Source: an uncultured Roseburia sp.
GTDB lineage: Bacteria; Bacillota; Clostridia; Lachnospirales; Lachnospiraceae
Length of the DNA: 64,000 nt
Reading direction: 5' to 3'
Assembly: GCA_958420225.1 (NCBI GenBank)
Contig: CATZIT010000002.1
Location: forward strand, 204,865 to 268,864
The translations under genes were made by a program, and so were the position numbers. Positions 38,708 to 48,519 of the stretch are shown one piece after another (positions within the stretch are counted from its first letter, which is position 1; the number at the start of each line of letters is the position of its first letter). Below the pieces are notes generated by a model, which was not told the DNA's origin, ran no database searches, and was given only the letters and a program-made list of their open reading frames with translations.

Positions 38708-39184
38708 ATGGCACTTAGAACAATCCGGATTCAGGGTGATCCGGTACTGACCAAAAAATGCAGAGAGATTACGGAAATGACGCCAAAGCTTATGACACTC
38801 ATTGAGGATATGTTAGATACCATGTACGAGGCAAACGGCGTAGGGCTTGCAGCACCGCAGGTAGGCATTTTAAAACGAATCGTAGTAATTGATGTCGGTG
38901 AGGGACCGGTTGTCATGATTAACCCGGAGATTATCGAAAGCTCCGGCGAACAGACCGGGGATGAGGGCTGCTTAAGCCTTCCGGGAAAAGCAGGTGTTGT
39001 GACAAGACCAAACTATGTCAGGGCGCGTGCACTTGATGAGAATATGGAAGAGTATGAGATTGAGGGAACAGAACTTCTGGCACGTGCCATCTGCCACGAA
39101 CTCGATCATCTTGACGGACATATGTATACAGAGAAAGTGGAGGGAGCACTCCACGATGTAAATTATGAAGAGGATGCAGAGTAA
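38708..39184 (+). CDS. def: peptide deformylase
   Basis: GVGLAAPQVG, EGCLS, HELDHLDG. Confidence 0.95.
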   Translation: MALRTIRIQGDPVLTKKCREITEMTPKLMTLIEDMLDTMYEANGVGLAAPQVGILKRIVVIDVGEGPVVMINPEIIESSGEQTGDEGCLSLPGKAGVVTRPNYVRARALDENMEEYEIEGTELLARAICHELDHLDGHMYTEKVEGALHDVNYEEDAE

Positions 39185-40119
39185 TGAAAGTAATGTTTAT
39201 GGGAACACCGGATTTTGCGGTGGGAACACTCGAAGAAATTATAAAAGCAGGACATGAGGTAGTACTTGTCGTATCACAGCCGGATAAAGCGGTCGGCAGA
39301 AGTAAGGCGTTAAAATATACACCGGTCAAGGCATGTGCACTTGAGCATGGACTTGAGGTATACCAGCCGGAGCGCGTAAAAAGTCCGGAATGTGTGGAAT
39401 ATCTGAAAACATTTGAGCCGGATTTGATTGTAGTGGAAGCATTTGGGCAGATTATATCCAAAGAGATTTTGGAGCTGCCAAAATACTGCTGTATCAATGT
39501 CCATGCGTCTCTTTTGCCGAAATACCGCGGTGCGTCCCCGATTCAGTGGGCAGTCATCAACGGAGATGAGGAGACCGGGGTTACTATCCAGCGTATGGAC
39601 GAAGGAGTAGACACCGGTGACATTATTGCGACAGAGACGGTGACGCTTGCCAAAGATGAGACAGCGGGCAGTCTGTTTGACCGTCTTGCAGAGGTTGGAG
39701 CAAAGCTTTGTGTCAAAACAATGGAAGCAATTGAAAATGGAACGGCAACCTTTACGCCACAGGATTCTTCCAAGGCAACCCATACCGGAAAAATTCACAA
39801 AGAGATGGGAAATATCGACTGGAGCAGCAGTGCAAAGCAGATTGAGTGCCTGGTTCGTGGTTTGAATCCATGGCCGAGTGCCTATACGAAGCTTGGTGAT
39901 AAGAGCCTTAAAATCTGGAAGGCACAGGTGAAACCAGGGGAGAAAAAGGCGGCACCCGGGTGTATCTTAGCTGTCGGAAAAGAGGGAATAGAGGTTCAGA
40001 CCGGAGATGGAATTCTTTCTTTGACCGAGATTCAGTTAGAGGGCAAAAAACGGATGTCCACGGAAGCATTTTTAAACGGATATACCGTGGAAACAGGAAC
40101 TTATTTTAAAAAGTGCTAA
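39184..40119 (+). CDS. fmt: methionyl-tRNA formyltransferase
   Basis: N-terminal FMGTPDFAV, INVHASLLPKYRG. Confidence 0.95.
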   Translation: MKVMFMGTPDFAVGTLEEIIKAGHEVVLVVSQPDKAVGRSKALKYTPVKACALEHGLEVYQPERVKSPECVEYLKTFEPDLIVVEAFGQIISKEILELPKYCCINVHASLLPKYRGASPIQWAVINGDEETGVTIQRMDEGVDTGDIIATETVTLAKDETAGSLFDRLAEVGAKLCVKTMEAIENGTATFTPQDSSKATHTGKIHKEMGNIDWSSSAKQIECLVRGLNPWPSAYTKLGDKSLKIWKAQVKPGEKKAAPGCILAVGKEGIEVQTGDGILSLTEIQLEGKKRMSTEAFLNGYTVETGTYFKKC

Positions 40120-40125
40120 AGGAGG

Positions 40126-40839
40126 ATGCATATGCCATATTACTATTATTGGGACCCGACGTATTTTCTGGTGGTAATCGGCGCAGTAATCTGTCTGATT
40201 GCATCAGCGCGGGTAAAATCTACCTTCAATAAATATTCAAAGTATCGCAGCATGTCAGGAATGACGGGCGCACAGGCAGCCGAGCGTATCTTAAACCGTG
40301 CCGGAATCTATGATGTCACGATTATGCGTGTTTCCGGCAATCTGACTGATCATTATAATCCGGCAAAGAAGACTCTGAATCTGTCGGAATCGGTCTATGA
40401 CGCGACATCTGTAGCTGCAATCGGTGTAGCAGCCCATGAGTGCGGCCATGCAATCCAGCATCAGCAGGGCTATGTGCCATTGTCGCTGCGCACGGCAATC
40501 GTTCCGGTGGCAAATATCGGTTCGACACTGTCCTGGCCGTTGATTCTGATTGGACTGTTTTTTACGAGCAGTACAGGAAATTTCTTAATTAATCTTGGAA
40601 TTATCTGCTTTTCCTTTGCAGTAATCTTCCAGCTTGTGACACTGCCGGTAGAGTTCAATGCATCACGCAGGGCGCTTCGGATGTTAGGGGAGCAGGGAAT
40701 TTTGAGCGAGAGTGAGCTTCCTTACACGAAGAAGGTATTAAAAGCGGCAGCACTTACGTATGTAGCGAGTGCGGCAGCTGCAATTTTACAGCTCCTTCGT
40801 CTGGTGCTTTTATTTGGAGGAAGAGACCGAAATGACTGA
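40126..40839 (+). CDS. YugP-type putative neutral zinc metallopeptidase (membrane)
   Basis: HExxH AAHECGHAIQH. Confidence 0.8.
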   Translation: MHMPYYYYWDPTYFLVVIGAVICLIASARVKSTFNKYSKYRSMSGMTGAQAAERILNRAGIYDVTIMRVSGNLTDHYNPAKKTLNLSESVYDATSVAAIGVAAHECGHAIQHQQGYVPLSLRTAIVPVANIGSTLSWPLILIGLFFTSSTGNFLINLGIICFSFAVIFQLVTLPVEFNASRRALRMLGEQGILSESELPYTKKVLKAAALTYVASAAAAILQLLRLVLLFGGRDRND

Positions 40840-42151
40840 TTCTGCAAATATCCGGGAACTGGTACTTGGAATTTTGATGGAGGTCACCGAAAAGGGAAAT
40901 TACAGCCATCTGGTTATCCGCTCGGTACTTGAAAAGTATCAGTATCTCGAAAAGAGAGACCGCGCGTTTTTGACGCGCTTAGCAGAGGGAACGATTCAGA
41001 GGATGGTGGAGATTGATTACATCCTTGATCAGTTCTCAAAAGTGAAAACGACGAAAATGAAACCGGTCATCCGCAATATTCTGCGGATGAGCGTGTATCA
41101 GCTAAAATACATGGATTCCGTTCCGGCTGCAGCAGCGTGCAATGAGGCAGTAAAACTTGCCCGAAAAAAAGGTTTTTCCACGCTGAGCGGTTTTGTGAAC
41201 GGAGTTTTGCGTAACATTGCAAGAAATCTTGACCAGATAAAATATCCGGATGAGAACAAAAACGAGGTATTATATTTATCAGTGAAATATTCGATGCCGG
41301 AGTGGATTGTCACACAGTGGCTTAGAGATTACGGAAAGGAACGCACGGTTGAAATCTTACAGGCGTTTCTTACGGAAGCACCGATTACGATTCGCACCAA
41401 CCTGTTAAAGACGACACCGGAAAAATTACAGGAGATTTTAAGGGATGAGGGAGTTACGGCGAAGCCTCTTGATACAGAGGAATATCCGGGACTTTCCTAT
41501 GCGTTTGTGCTGGAAGATTTTGACCATCTTGGCGCACTTTCATCTTTCCGGGAAGGACTTTTTTATGTGCAGGATTTAAGTTCCATGATGACAGCGGAGC
41601 TTGCAGCGCCGGAGAAGGGTGATACGGTCATTGATGTCTGTGCGGCGCCGGGCGGAAAGAGTATTCACCTTGCGGAGAAACTCGAAGGGACCGGATGCGT
41701 GGATGCCAGAGACCTGACGGAATACAAAGTGGAACTGATAGAAGAGAACATAAACCGCTGCGGCTGTACCAATGTTACGGCAAAGGTATGGGATGCAACG
41801 GCATTTGACACATCTTCCGTGGAAAAGGCAGATATTTTAATTGCCGACCTTCCGTGCTCCGGACTTGGCGTGATGCGCAAAAAGACAGACATCAAATACA
41901 AGATGACCCTTGAAGGAGAAAAAAATCTTGTCCAGCTACAGCGTCAGATTTTAGATACGGTGAGCAGCTATGTAAAACATGGCGGCAGGATGCTGTACTC
42001 TACCTGTACGATAGACCGTATGGAGAATGAAGAAAACGTAACTTATTTTCTGGAACAGCATCCGGAATATGAACTTGAGGAAATGCACCAGATTTTTCCA
42101 AAGGAAATTTTAGGAGATGGATTTTTCCTGGCAAGATTGAGGAGAAACTAA
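40832..42151 (+). CDS. rsmB: 16S rRNA (cytosine967-C5)-methyltransferase
   Basis: NusB-like N-terminus plus SAM MTase (DVCAAPGGKS; PCSGLGV; TCT). Confidence 0.9.
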   Translation: MTDSANIRELVLGILMEVTEKGNYSHLVIRSVLEKYQYLEKRDRAFLTRLAEGTIQRMVEIDYILDQFSKVKTTKMKPVIRNILRMSVYQLKYMDSVPAAAACNEAVKLARKKGFSTLSGFVNGVLRNIARNLDQIKYPDENKNEVLYLSVKYSMPEWIVTQWLRDYGKERTVEILQAFLTEAPITIRTNLLKTTPEKLQEILRDEGVTAKPLDTEEYPGLSYAFVLEDFDHLGALSSFREGLFYVQDLSSMMTAELAAPEKGDTVIDVCAAPGGKSIHLAEKLEGTGCVDARDLTEYKVELIEENINRCGCTNVTAKVWDATAFDTSSVEKADILIADLPCSGLGVMRKKTDIKYKMTLEGEKNLVQLQRQILDTVSSYVKHGGRMLYSTCTIDRMENEENVTYFLEQHPEYELEEMHQIFPKEILGDGFFLARLRRN

Positions 42152-42153
42152 GA

Positions 42154-43233
42154 ATGTCTACGATGGAAGAAAGCAAGATTGATATCAAATCGTTCAATTT
42201 AACGGAACTGACGGAACTGTTGGTGTCCATGGGCGAAAAGGGCTTTCGGGCAAAACAGATTTATCAGTGGCTTCATGTAAAGCAGGTGGAGTCCTTTGAA
42301 GAAATGACAAATATAGGGAAAAATCTGCTGCAAAAGCTTGAGGAAACCTGTGAGCTTGTGACGTTAAAAAAAGAGGCAGTACAGATTTCAAAAGAAGATG
42401 GCACCAGAAAGTACCTTTTTTTATTAGAAGATGGGAATGTTATTGAGAGTGTGCTGATGCGGTATAAGCATGGTAATTCTGTCTGCATCTCCTCACAGGT
42501 TGGATGCAGGATGGGATGCAGGTTCTGCGCATCGACATTAGACGGTCTGGTACGTGGCTTAAGACCATCCGAAATGCTTGACCAGATTTATCAGATTGGA
42601 AAAGATATCGGGGAACGGATTTCAAATGTTGTTGTCATGGGAACCGGGGAACCGATGGATAATTATGACAATCTGCTGCGTTTTATTCATATGCTTTCAG
42701 ATGAAAATGGATTAAATATCAGTCAGCGGAATCTTACGGTTTCCACCTGCGGCGTTGTGCCAAAGATGCGCGAGCTTGCAGACGAAGGGCTTCAGATTAC
42801 ACTGGCATTGTCACTTCACGCATCCTCGCAGGAAAAGCGCCTTGAACTCATGCCGGTTGCCAACAAGTATGAGATTCATGAGGTTGTGGAAGCGTGCCGC
42901 TATTATTTTGAAAAGACCGGGCGCAGGGTGACCTTCGAGTACAGCTTAGTGGGCGGTGTCAACGACACTGAGGAGGATGCAAGAGCACTTGTGGCACTGA
43001 TTCATGGGATGAACTGCCATGTGAATCTGATTCCGGTCAACCCAATCAAGGAACGCTCCTATGTGCAGCCGAACCATGAAGCAATTCTTAATTTTAAAAA
43101 TAGACTTGAAAAAAATGGGATTAACGTTACAATTAGAAGGGAAATGGGCAGGGATATTGACGGAGCCTGCGGACAGCTGCGCAAGCGCTATATGGGCAGC
43201 GAAAGTGACAGAAAGGAAGGAAGCAGCAGATGA
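42154..43233 (+). CDS. rlmN: 23S rRNA (adenine2503-C2)-methyltransferase, radical SAM
   Basis: CRMGCRFCAS radical-SAM cluster motif. Confidence 0.95.
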   Translation: MSTMEESKIDIKSFNLTELTELLVSMGEKGFRAKQIYQWLHVKQVESFEEMTNIGKNLLQKLEETCELVTLKKEAVQISKEDGTRKYLFLLEDGNVIESVLMRYKHGNSVCISSQVGCRMGCRFCASTLDGLVRGLRPSEMLDQIYQIGKDIGERISNVVVMGTGEPMDNYDNLLRFIHMLSDENGLNISQRNLTVSTCGVVPKMRELADEGLQITLALSLHASSQEKRLELMPVANKYEIHEVVEACRYYFEKTGRRVTFEYSLVGGVNDTEEDARALVALIHGMNCHVNLIPVNPIKERSYVQPNHEAILNFKNRLEKNGINVTIRREMGRDIDGACGQLRKRYMGSESDRKEGSSR

Positions 43234-43976
43234 AGACGTTTTCCATGACAGATGTGGGAATACGGCGGGAGTCAAACCAGGATTATATGTATACATCAGA
43301 GACGGCTGTCGGAAATCTGCCGAATCTTTTCCTTTTAGCAGATGGAATGGGCGGACACGCAGCAGGGGATTATGCCTCACGTTTTACGGTCGAAAAGGTT
43401 GCAGAACTTGTTGGGAAATCGACATTTACAGAGCCGGTTGCCATTTTAAAACAGGCAATCAGTGAGGCAAATGCGTTATTGCTTGCGGAAGCCGATAAGG
43501 ATGTAAGCAGACAGGGCATGGGCACAACATTAGTGACAGCTACGATTATAGACGACAGGATGTATGTTTCAAATGTCGGTGACAGCCGTCTGTACTTAGT
43601 CAGTGACGATAAAATGATTCAGGTTACAAGAGACCACTCTCTGGTGGAAGAAATGGTACGGCTTGGAGAGATGGATAAAGAGGATGCGAAAGTTCATCCG
43701 GATAAAAACATTATTACAAGAGCAGTTGGAGTGCTCCCAGAGGTTTCTGCGGACTTTTTTGAGGTGGAGTTAGAACCGGGGGATATGATTTTAATGTGCT
43801 CGGATGGGCTGACGAATATGGTGCGGGATGAGGAAATCCGCCAGATTATATTAGGACAGCGTGATATTGTTGAGAAAGCAGAAAAATTAGTGGAAACTGC
43901 CAACAAGAATGGTGGCAGAGATAATATAACGGTTGTATTGATAGAACCATTTTCTGATGAGGTGAAAGAATGTTGA
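43230..43976 (+). CDS. stp: PP2C-family Ser/Thr phosphatase (Stp/PrpC)
   Basis: …LLADGMGGHAAGDYAS…. Confidence 0.9.
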   Translation: MKTFSMTDVGIRRESNQDYMYTSETAVGNLPNLFLLADGMGGHAAGDYASRFTVEKVAELVGKSTFTEPVAILKQAISEANALLLAEADKDVSRQGMGTTLVTATIIDDRMYVSNVGDSRLYLVSDDKMIQVTRDHSLVEEMVRLGEMDKEDAKVHPDKNIITRAVGVLPEVSADFFEVELEPGDMILMCSDGLTNMVRDEEIRQIILGQRDIVEKAEKLVETANKNGGRDNITVVLIEPFSDEVKEC

Positions 43977-46108
43977 CAGAGGGAATGTATATAGCAGACC
44001 GCTATGAGATTATCGGTAAGATTGGCGCAGGCGGGATGTCTGATGTATATAAGGCAAAAGATCTCACATTAGGACGTTTTGTAGCAATCAAGGTGTTAAA
44101 ACCGGAGTTTTCCGAGGATGTCGGATTTGTGACAAAGTTCCGCACTGAAGCACAGTCAGCGGCTGCGCTGCAACATCCGAATATTGTAAATATTTATGAT
44201 GTAGGAAGTGAAAATGGTCTGCATTATATCGTGATGGAATATGTAGAGGGAATCACATTAAAAACCTACATTGAGAAAAAGGGACAGCTTTCTTTTAAGG
44301 AAGCAGTCAGCATTGCCATCCAGGTGGGACGTGGAATTGAGGCAGCACACAACAACCAGATTATTCACCGGGATATTAAGCCGCAGAATATTATGATTTC
44401 CACTGAGGGAAAAGTGAAAGTCATGGATTTTGGAATTGCCCGTGCAGCATCGTCAAATACCATCAGTTCTGACGTGATGGGTTCTGTGCATTACTCCTCG
44501 CCGGAGCAGGCAAGAAATGGCTTTGTGGACGGAAAGAGTGATATCTATTCCCTTGGAATCGTCATGTATGAGATGGTAACCGGAAGGGTTCCGTTTGACG
44601 GAGATACTACGGTTGCAGTTGCAATCCAGCACTTACAGGAAGAGATGGTAAAACCAAGTGCGTATGCGCCGAATCTTCCAATCAGCATGGAAAAGATTAT
44701 CTTAAAATGTACACAGAAGAATCCGGACAGACGTTATGAGAATATGTCCGCACTGCTTTCTGATTTACGAAAAGCACTTGTAAGTCCGAATGAGGATTTT
44801 GTGGTGATGGTTTCGCCGCTCAGCCAGGATAAGACCCGTGTCATCGGGGAAGAGGATGTGAACCGGATTCGCCAGGAGGCAAACACGGTTCATATCGGGG
44901 AACAGCTTTTAAAAGAAGCAGACCGTGAGATGGGAATTGAGGAAGACGTAGAGGATGATGAACTTGACGATGAGGACGATGACGGCGAATTAAATCCGAA
45001 GATGGAAAAAGCAATCACCATTATGGGAATTGTGACAGCGATTGTCATCGTCGGAATTATCATATACCTGATTGGAAGCTTTTTTGGTCTGTTCCAGTTT
45101 GCTTCAAACAATAAAGAAAATAACACACAGACAACGGAAACACAGCAGACGGAGGCATCTGAGAGCAAGACATCCGAGAGCGAAGCGCTGACAGATGAAA
45201 ATTCCGTCGAGATGATTGACGTAAAAGGGCTGACCTATGAAGAGGCACAGAAACAGTTAAATGCCATTGGGCTTGGAATCCACGAGGAGAGCACAGCGTC
45301 ATCCGATGAATATGAGGCGGGAAGAATTTTACAGCAGAGTGTGGAAAAGGGAGTACGCGTGGAACTTCATACAACGATTACTGTAGTTATAAGCAGTGGA
45401 AGCGGTAGCATAGAGGTGCCTTCCGTTACCGGCAGTACCGCAGAAAACGCAGAGAGCACGCTTACAGCACAGGGATTTACGGTATCGAAGGAATACGCAT
45501 ATGATAATTCGGTTGCACAGGGAAATGTCATTTCACAGAGTCCGGCATCCGGCTCTTCTGCAAAAAAAGGTGACACAATTACGATTACCATCAGTCAGGG
45601 TGCAGAACCGGCTGTCGTGCCGAATGTAGTCGGTCAGACCGAGGATAATGCGAAAGCCATGCTTTCAAATGTTGGGTTAAATTATAATATTACCTCCGTT
45701 TACAGCAGCACAGTGGAGGCTGGCTATATAGTGGAACAGAATATTACGGCAGAATCTCAAGTCCAGAAGGGTACGACGGTGAACCTGACGGTAAGCCTTG
45801 GTGCAGAACCGGTGGAGGATGTGACGACGACAACCTATAGGGCAAGTTTCCGGGTACAAAAATTAAGCGGGGATGTTTCAAATGTCTCCGGTGCGAATAT
45901 TCTTCTTTATGATGGTCAGGATGGATCTGGAAATGTTTTAGAACAGTGGATGAATCAGTCGATTGATTCGTTTGGTGAGGATGGTTTGTCACTTTCAAAA
46001 GGCGGGCTTCTGGTAAGCGGTGGGTCCGTTATGGTACAATGGCTGGATTTGGATGGAAATGTAATTGGTACACCACAGATACAGAACATGACCTTTAATA
46101 GGGAATAA
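43970..46108 (+). CDS. prkC: Ser/Thr protein kinase with extracellular PASTA repeats (PrkC/StkP-like)
   Basis: Kinase VAIK, HRDIKPQN, DFG; TM helix; three PASTA-like repeats. Confidence 0.9.
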   Translation: MLTEGMYIADRYEIIGKIGAGGMSDVYKAKDLTLGRFVAIKVLKPEFSEDVGFVTKFRTEAQSAAALQHPNIVNIYDVGSENGLHYIVMEYVEGITLKTYIEKKGQLSFKEAVSIAIQVGRGIEAAHNNQIIHRDIKPQNIMISTEGKVKVMDFGIARAASSNTISSDVMGSVHYSSPEQARNGFVDGKSDIYSLGIVMYEMVTGRVPFDGDTTVAVAIQHLQEEMVKPSAYAPNLPISMEKIILKCTQKNPDRRYENMSALLSDLRKALVSPNEDFVVMVSPLSQDKTRVIGEEDVNRIRQEANTVHIGEQLLKEADREMGIEEDVEDDELDDEDDDGELNPKMEKAITIMGIVTAIVIVGIIIYLIGSFFGLFQFASNNKENNTQTTETQQTEASESKTSESEALTDENSVEMIDVKGLTYEEAQKQLNAIGLGIHEESTASSDEYEAGRILQQSVEKGVRVELHTTITVVISSGSGSIEVPSVTGSTAENAESTLTAQGFTVSKEYAYDNSVAQGNVISQSPASGSSAKKGDTITITISQGAEPAVVPNVVGQTEDNAKAMLSNVGLNYNITSVYSSTVEAGYIVEQNITAESQVQKGTTVNLTVSLGAEPVEDVTTTTYRASFRVQKLSGDVSNVSGANILLYDGQDGSGNVLEQWMNQSIDSFGEDGLSLSKGGLLVSGGSVMVQWLDLDGNVIGTPQIQNMTFNRE

Positions 46109-46118
46109 CAGCAGACAT

Positions 46119-46997
46119 ATGCAAGGAAAAATAATCAAAGGAATTTCCGGATTCTACTACGTTCATGTAAGAGAGTCCGGAATTTATGAATGTAAGGCAA
46201 AGGGAGTTTTCCGCAACCAGAAAATCAAACCGCTTGTAGGGGATGATGTGGAAATTGCGGTGATTGACGAGGCGGAGGGAAAAGGAAATGTGGAGAAAAT
46301 CCTTCCGAGAAGAAATGAATTAATCCGTCCCGCAGTGGCAAATATTGATTTGGCACTGATTATTTTTGCGGCGGCGAAACCGCAGCCGAATTTTAATCTT
46401 TTGGACCGGTTTCTTGTCATGATGGGCTATCAGAATGTACCGGTAAGCATCTGTTTTAATAAGACAGATTTAGTGAGTGAAAAAGAACTTCATGAGTTTG
46501 CAGATATCTATGTAGCATGCGGTTATCCGGTATTGTTTACAAGCGCAAAGGAACATGATGGAATTGAAATATTACGAAGCTGCCTGGCGGGGAAAACGAC
46601 TGCAGTGGCAGGTCCCTCGGGGGTAGGAAAGTCTTCGCTTGTAAACAGTCTCCAGTCGGATATTAAAATGGAGACGGGAAGCATCAGTACCAAAATTGAG
46701 CGCGGAAAGCACACGACCCGCCATTCGGAAATTATCCCGATTTGTGGGGATGGCTATATTATGGATACTCCAGGGTTTTCCACATTATATATACCGGGGT
46801 TTGAAAAAGAAAAATTGCAGAATTTTTATCCGGAGTTTGCGGCATTTGAGCCGGAATGCAGGTTCCAGGGATGCAGTCATATCAGTGAACCGGACTGCGG
46901 CGTTAAAAATGCTTTGATGGAAAAGAAAATCAGCAGTATTCGCTATGAAAATTACAAGCTTTTGTATGAGGAGCTTAAAGGTGCAAAGAAATACTAG
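46119..46997 (+). CDS. rsgA: ribosome small-subunit-dependent GTPase A
   Basis: Circularly permuted GTPase with C-terminal Zn knuckle CRFQGCSH…C. Confidence 0.9.
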   Translation: MQGKIIKGISGFYYVHVRESGIYECKAKGVFRNQKIKPLVGDDVEIAVIDEAEGKGNVEKILPRRNELIRPAVANIDLALIIFAAAKPQPNFNLLDRFLVMMGYQNVPVSICFNKTDLVSEKELHEFADIYVACGYPVLFTSAKEHDGIEILRSCLAGKTTAVAGPSGVGKSSLVNSLQSDIKMETGSISTKIERGKHTTRHSEIIPICGDGYIMDTPGFSTLYIPGFEKEKLQNFYPEFAAFEPECRFQGCSHISEPDCGVKNALMEKKISSIRYENYKLLYEELKGAKKY

Positions 46998-47020
46998 AAC
47001 CACTGACAGGGAGGAAACTT

Positions 47021-47674
47021 ATGAATTGCTTATCACCGTCTATTCTGTCGGCAGACTTTTCGAGACTGGGAGAACAGGTAAGACTGCTCGATGAGACCGG
47101 AGCACAGTATGTCCATATTGATGTGATGGATGGAATGTTTGTGCCAAGCATTACTTACGGAGCACCGGTTATGAAATCCATCCGGGAATGTACAGAGCGA
47201 ATCTTTGATGTCCATCTTATGATTGAGGAGCCCATACGTTATATCAAGGATTTTGCAGATGCCGGGGCAGACCTTATCACGGTGCATGCAGAAGCCTGCA
47301 CACATCTTGACCGCACGATTCAGGCAATCAAGGAGAGAGGCATTCTTGCCGGAGTTGCATTAAATCCTGCGACACCGCTTTCCACGGTGGAATATATCCT
47401 GCCGGAAGTGGACATGGTACTTGTGATGACCGTAAATCCGGGATTTGGCGGGCAGAAACTGATTCCCTACACGGTAGAGAAAGTGCGTGATTTAAAGAAA
47501 CTGATTGATAAGCGTGGATTAAAGACAGACATTGAAGTGGATGGCGGTATTAACCTTGAAAATGTGGCAGAGGTTATGGATGCCGGAGCTAATATTATCG
47601 TCGCTGGAAGTGCAGTATTTAATGGAGATGTGCAGGAGAACGTAGAGGCATTTCTTTCCATTATTAATTCATGA
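47021..47674 (+). CDS. rpe: ribulose-phosphate 3-epimerase
   Basis: SILSADFSRLGE…HIDVMDG. Confidence 0.9.
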   Translation: MNCLSPSILSADFSRLGEQVRLLDETGAQYVHIDVMDGMFVPSITYGAPVMKSIRECTERIFDVHLMIEEPIRYIKDFADAGADLITVHAEACTHLDRTIQAIKERGILAGVALNPATPLSTVEYILPEVDMVLVMTVNPGFGGQKLIPYTVEKVRDLKKLIDKRGLKTDIEVDGGINLENVAEVMDAGANIIVAGSAVFNGDVQENVEAFLSIINS

Positions 47675-48357
47675 AAATGCAGACAGGAAAGGGAGAAGCT
47701 GCCGGAATGAAAAAATGTGTGATTGTTTCCGGGGGAACTGCGACAGAGACGTTTGTAGCGCAGACATTGAAGGAACAGAAGCCGGATTTTGTGATAGCGG
47801 CAGATTCCGGGATGGAAGTGCTGCGAAAGTGTGCGGTGAAACCGGATATCATTATTGGAGATTTTGATTCTGTTCGGGAAGAGACATTTGCCTATTATAA
47901 GGAACAGCCCGGAATTGTGTGGCATACATTAAATCCGATGAAGGATGACACGGATACGGAATTTGCAATCCGGCTTGCCATCAGAGAAGGAGCAGAGCAG
48001 ATTTGTTTACTTGGTGCAACCGGAAGCCGTCTTGACCATGTGCTTGGAAATATCGAGCTGCTTGGAATCGGGTTTGAACAGAAGGTTGCAATGGAACTGT
48101 TAGACGAACATAATCGTGTGCGGATGATTGACGGACCTATTCAGATTGCAAAGAAGGAACAGTACGGAAAATACGTTTCATTGATTCCGTATTCACTGCA
48201 GGTGGAGCATCTGACCCTGGAAGGATTTGTATATCCGTTGTCAGATTTCTGTCTGAAAGGCTTCTGCTCACTTGGTGTTAGCAACGAGATAACCGAAGAG
48301 ATAGCAAAAATTACATTTGAAGATGGAATTTTGATTGTAATTGAATCAAGAGATTAA
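47671..48357 (+). CDS. thiN: thiamine diphosphokinase
   Basis: Conserved position after rpe; IIGDFDS motif; alternative start at 47706 (MKKCVIVSGG). Confidence 0.8.
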   Translation: MKMQTGKGEAAGMKKCVIVSGGTATETFVAQTLKEQKPDFVIAADSGMEVLRKCAVKPDIIIGDFDSVREETFAYYKEQPGIVWHTLNPMKDDTDTEFAIRLAIREGAEQICLLGATGSRLDHVLGNIELLGIGFEQKVAMELLDEHNRVRMIDGPIQIAKKEQYGKYVSLIPYSLQVEHLTLEGFVYPLSDFCLKGFCSLGVSNEITEEIAKITFEDGILIVIESRD

Positions 48358-48519
48358 AGGAAAACCTGCAATTGCGCAGGTTTTTTGTTCCATTTTATTA
48401 AAAAAATAAAGAAAAAACTAAGAATTAAAGTGTGCGTGATTAGTTGACACAAATTGGGAAAAGTTGTACCTTGGAGGTATAGATTTATCCTAGATACAGG
48501 ATATAAGGGAGGATATGGA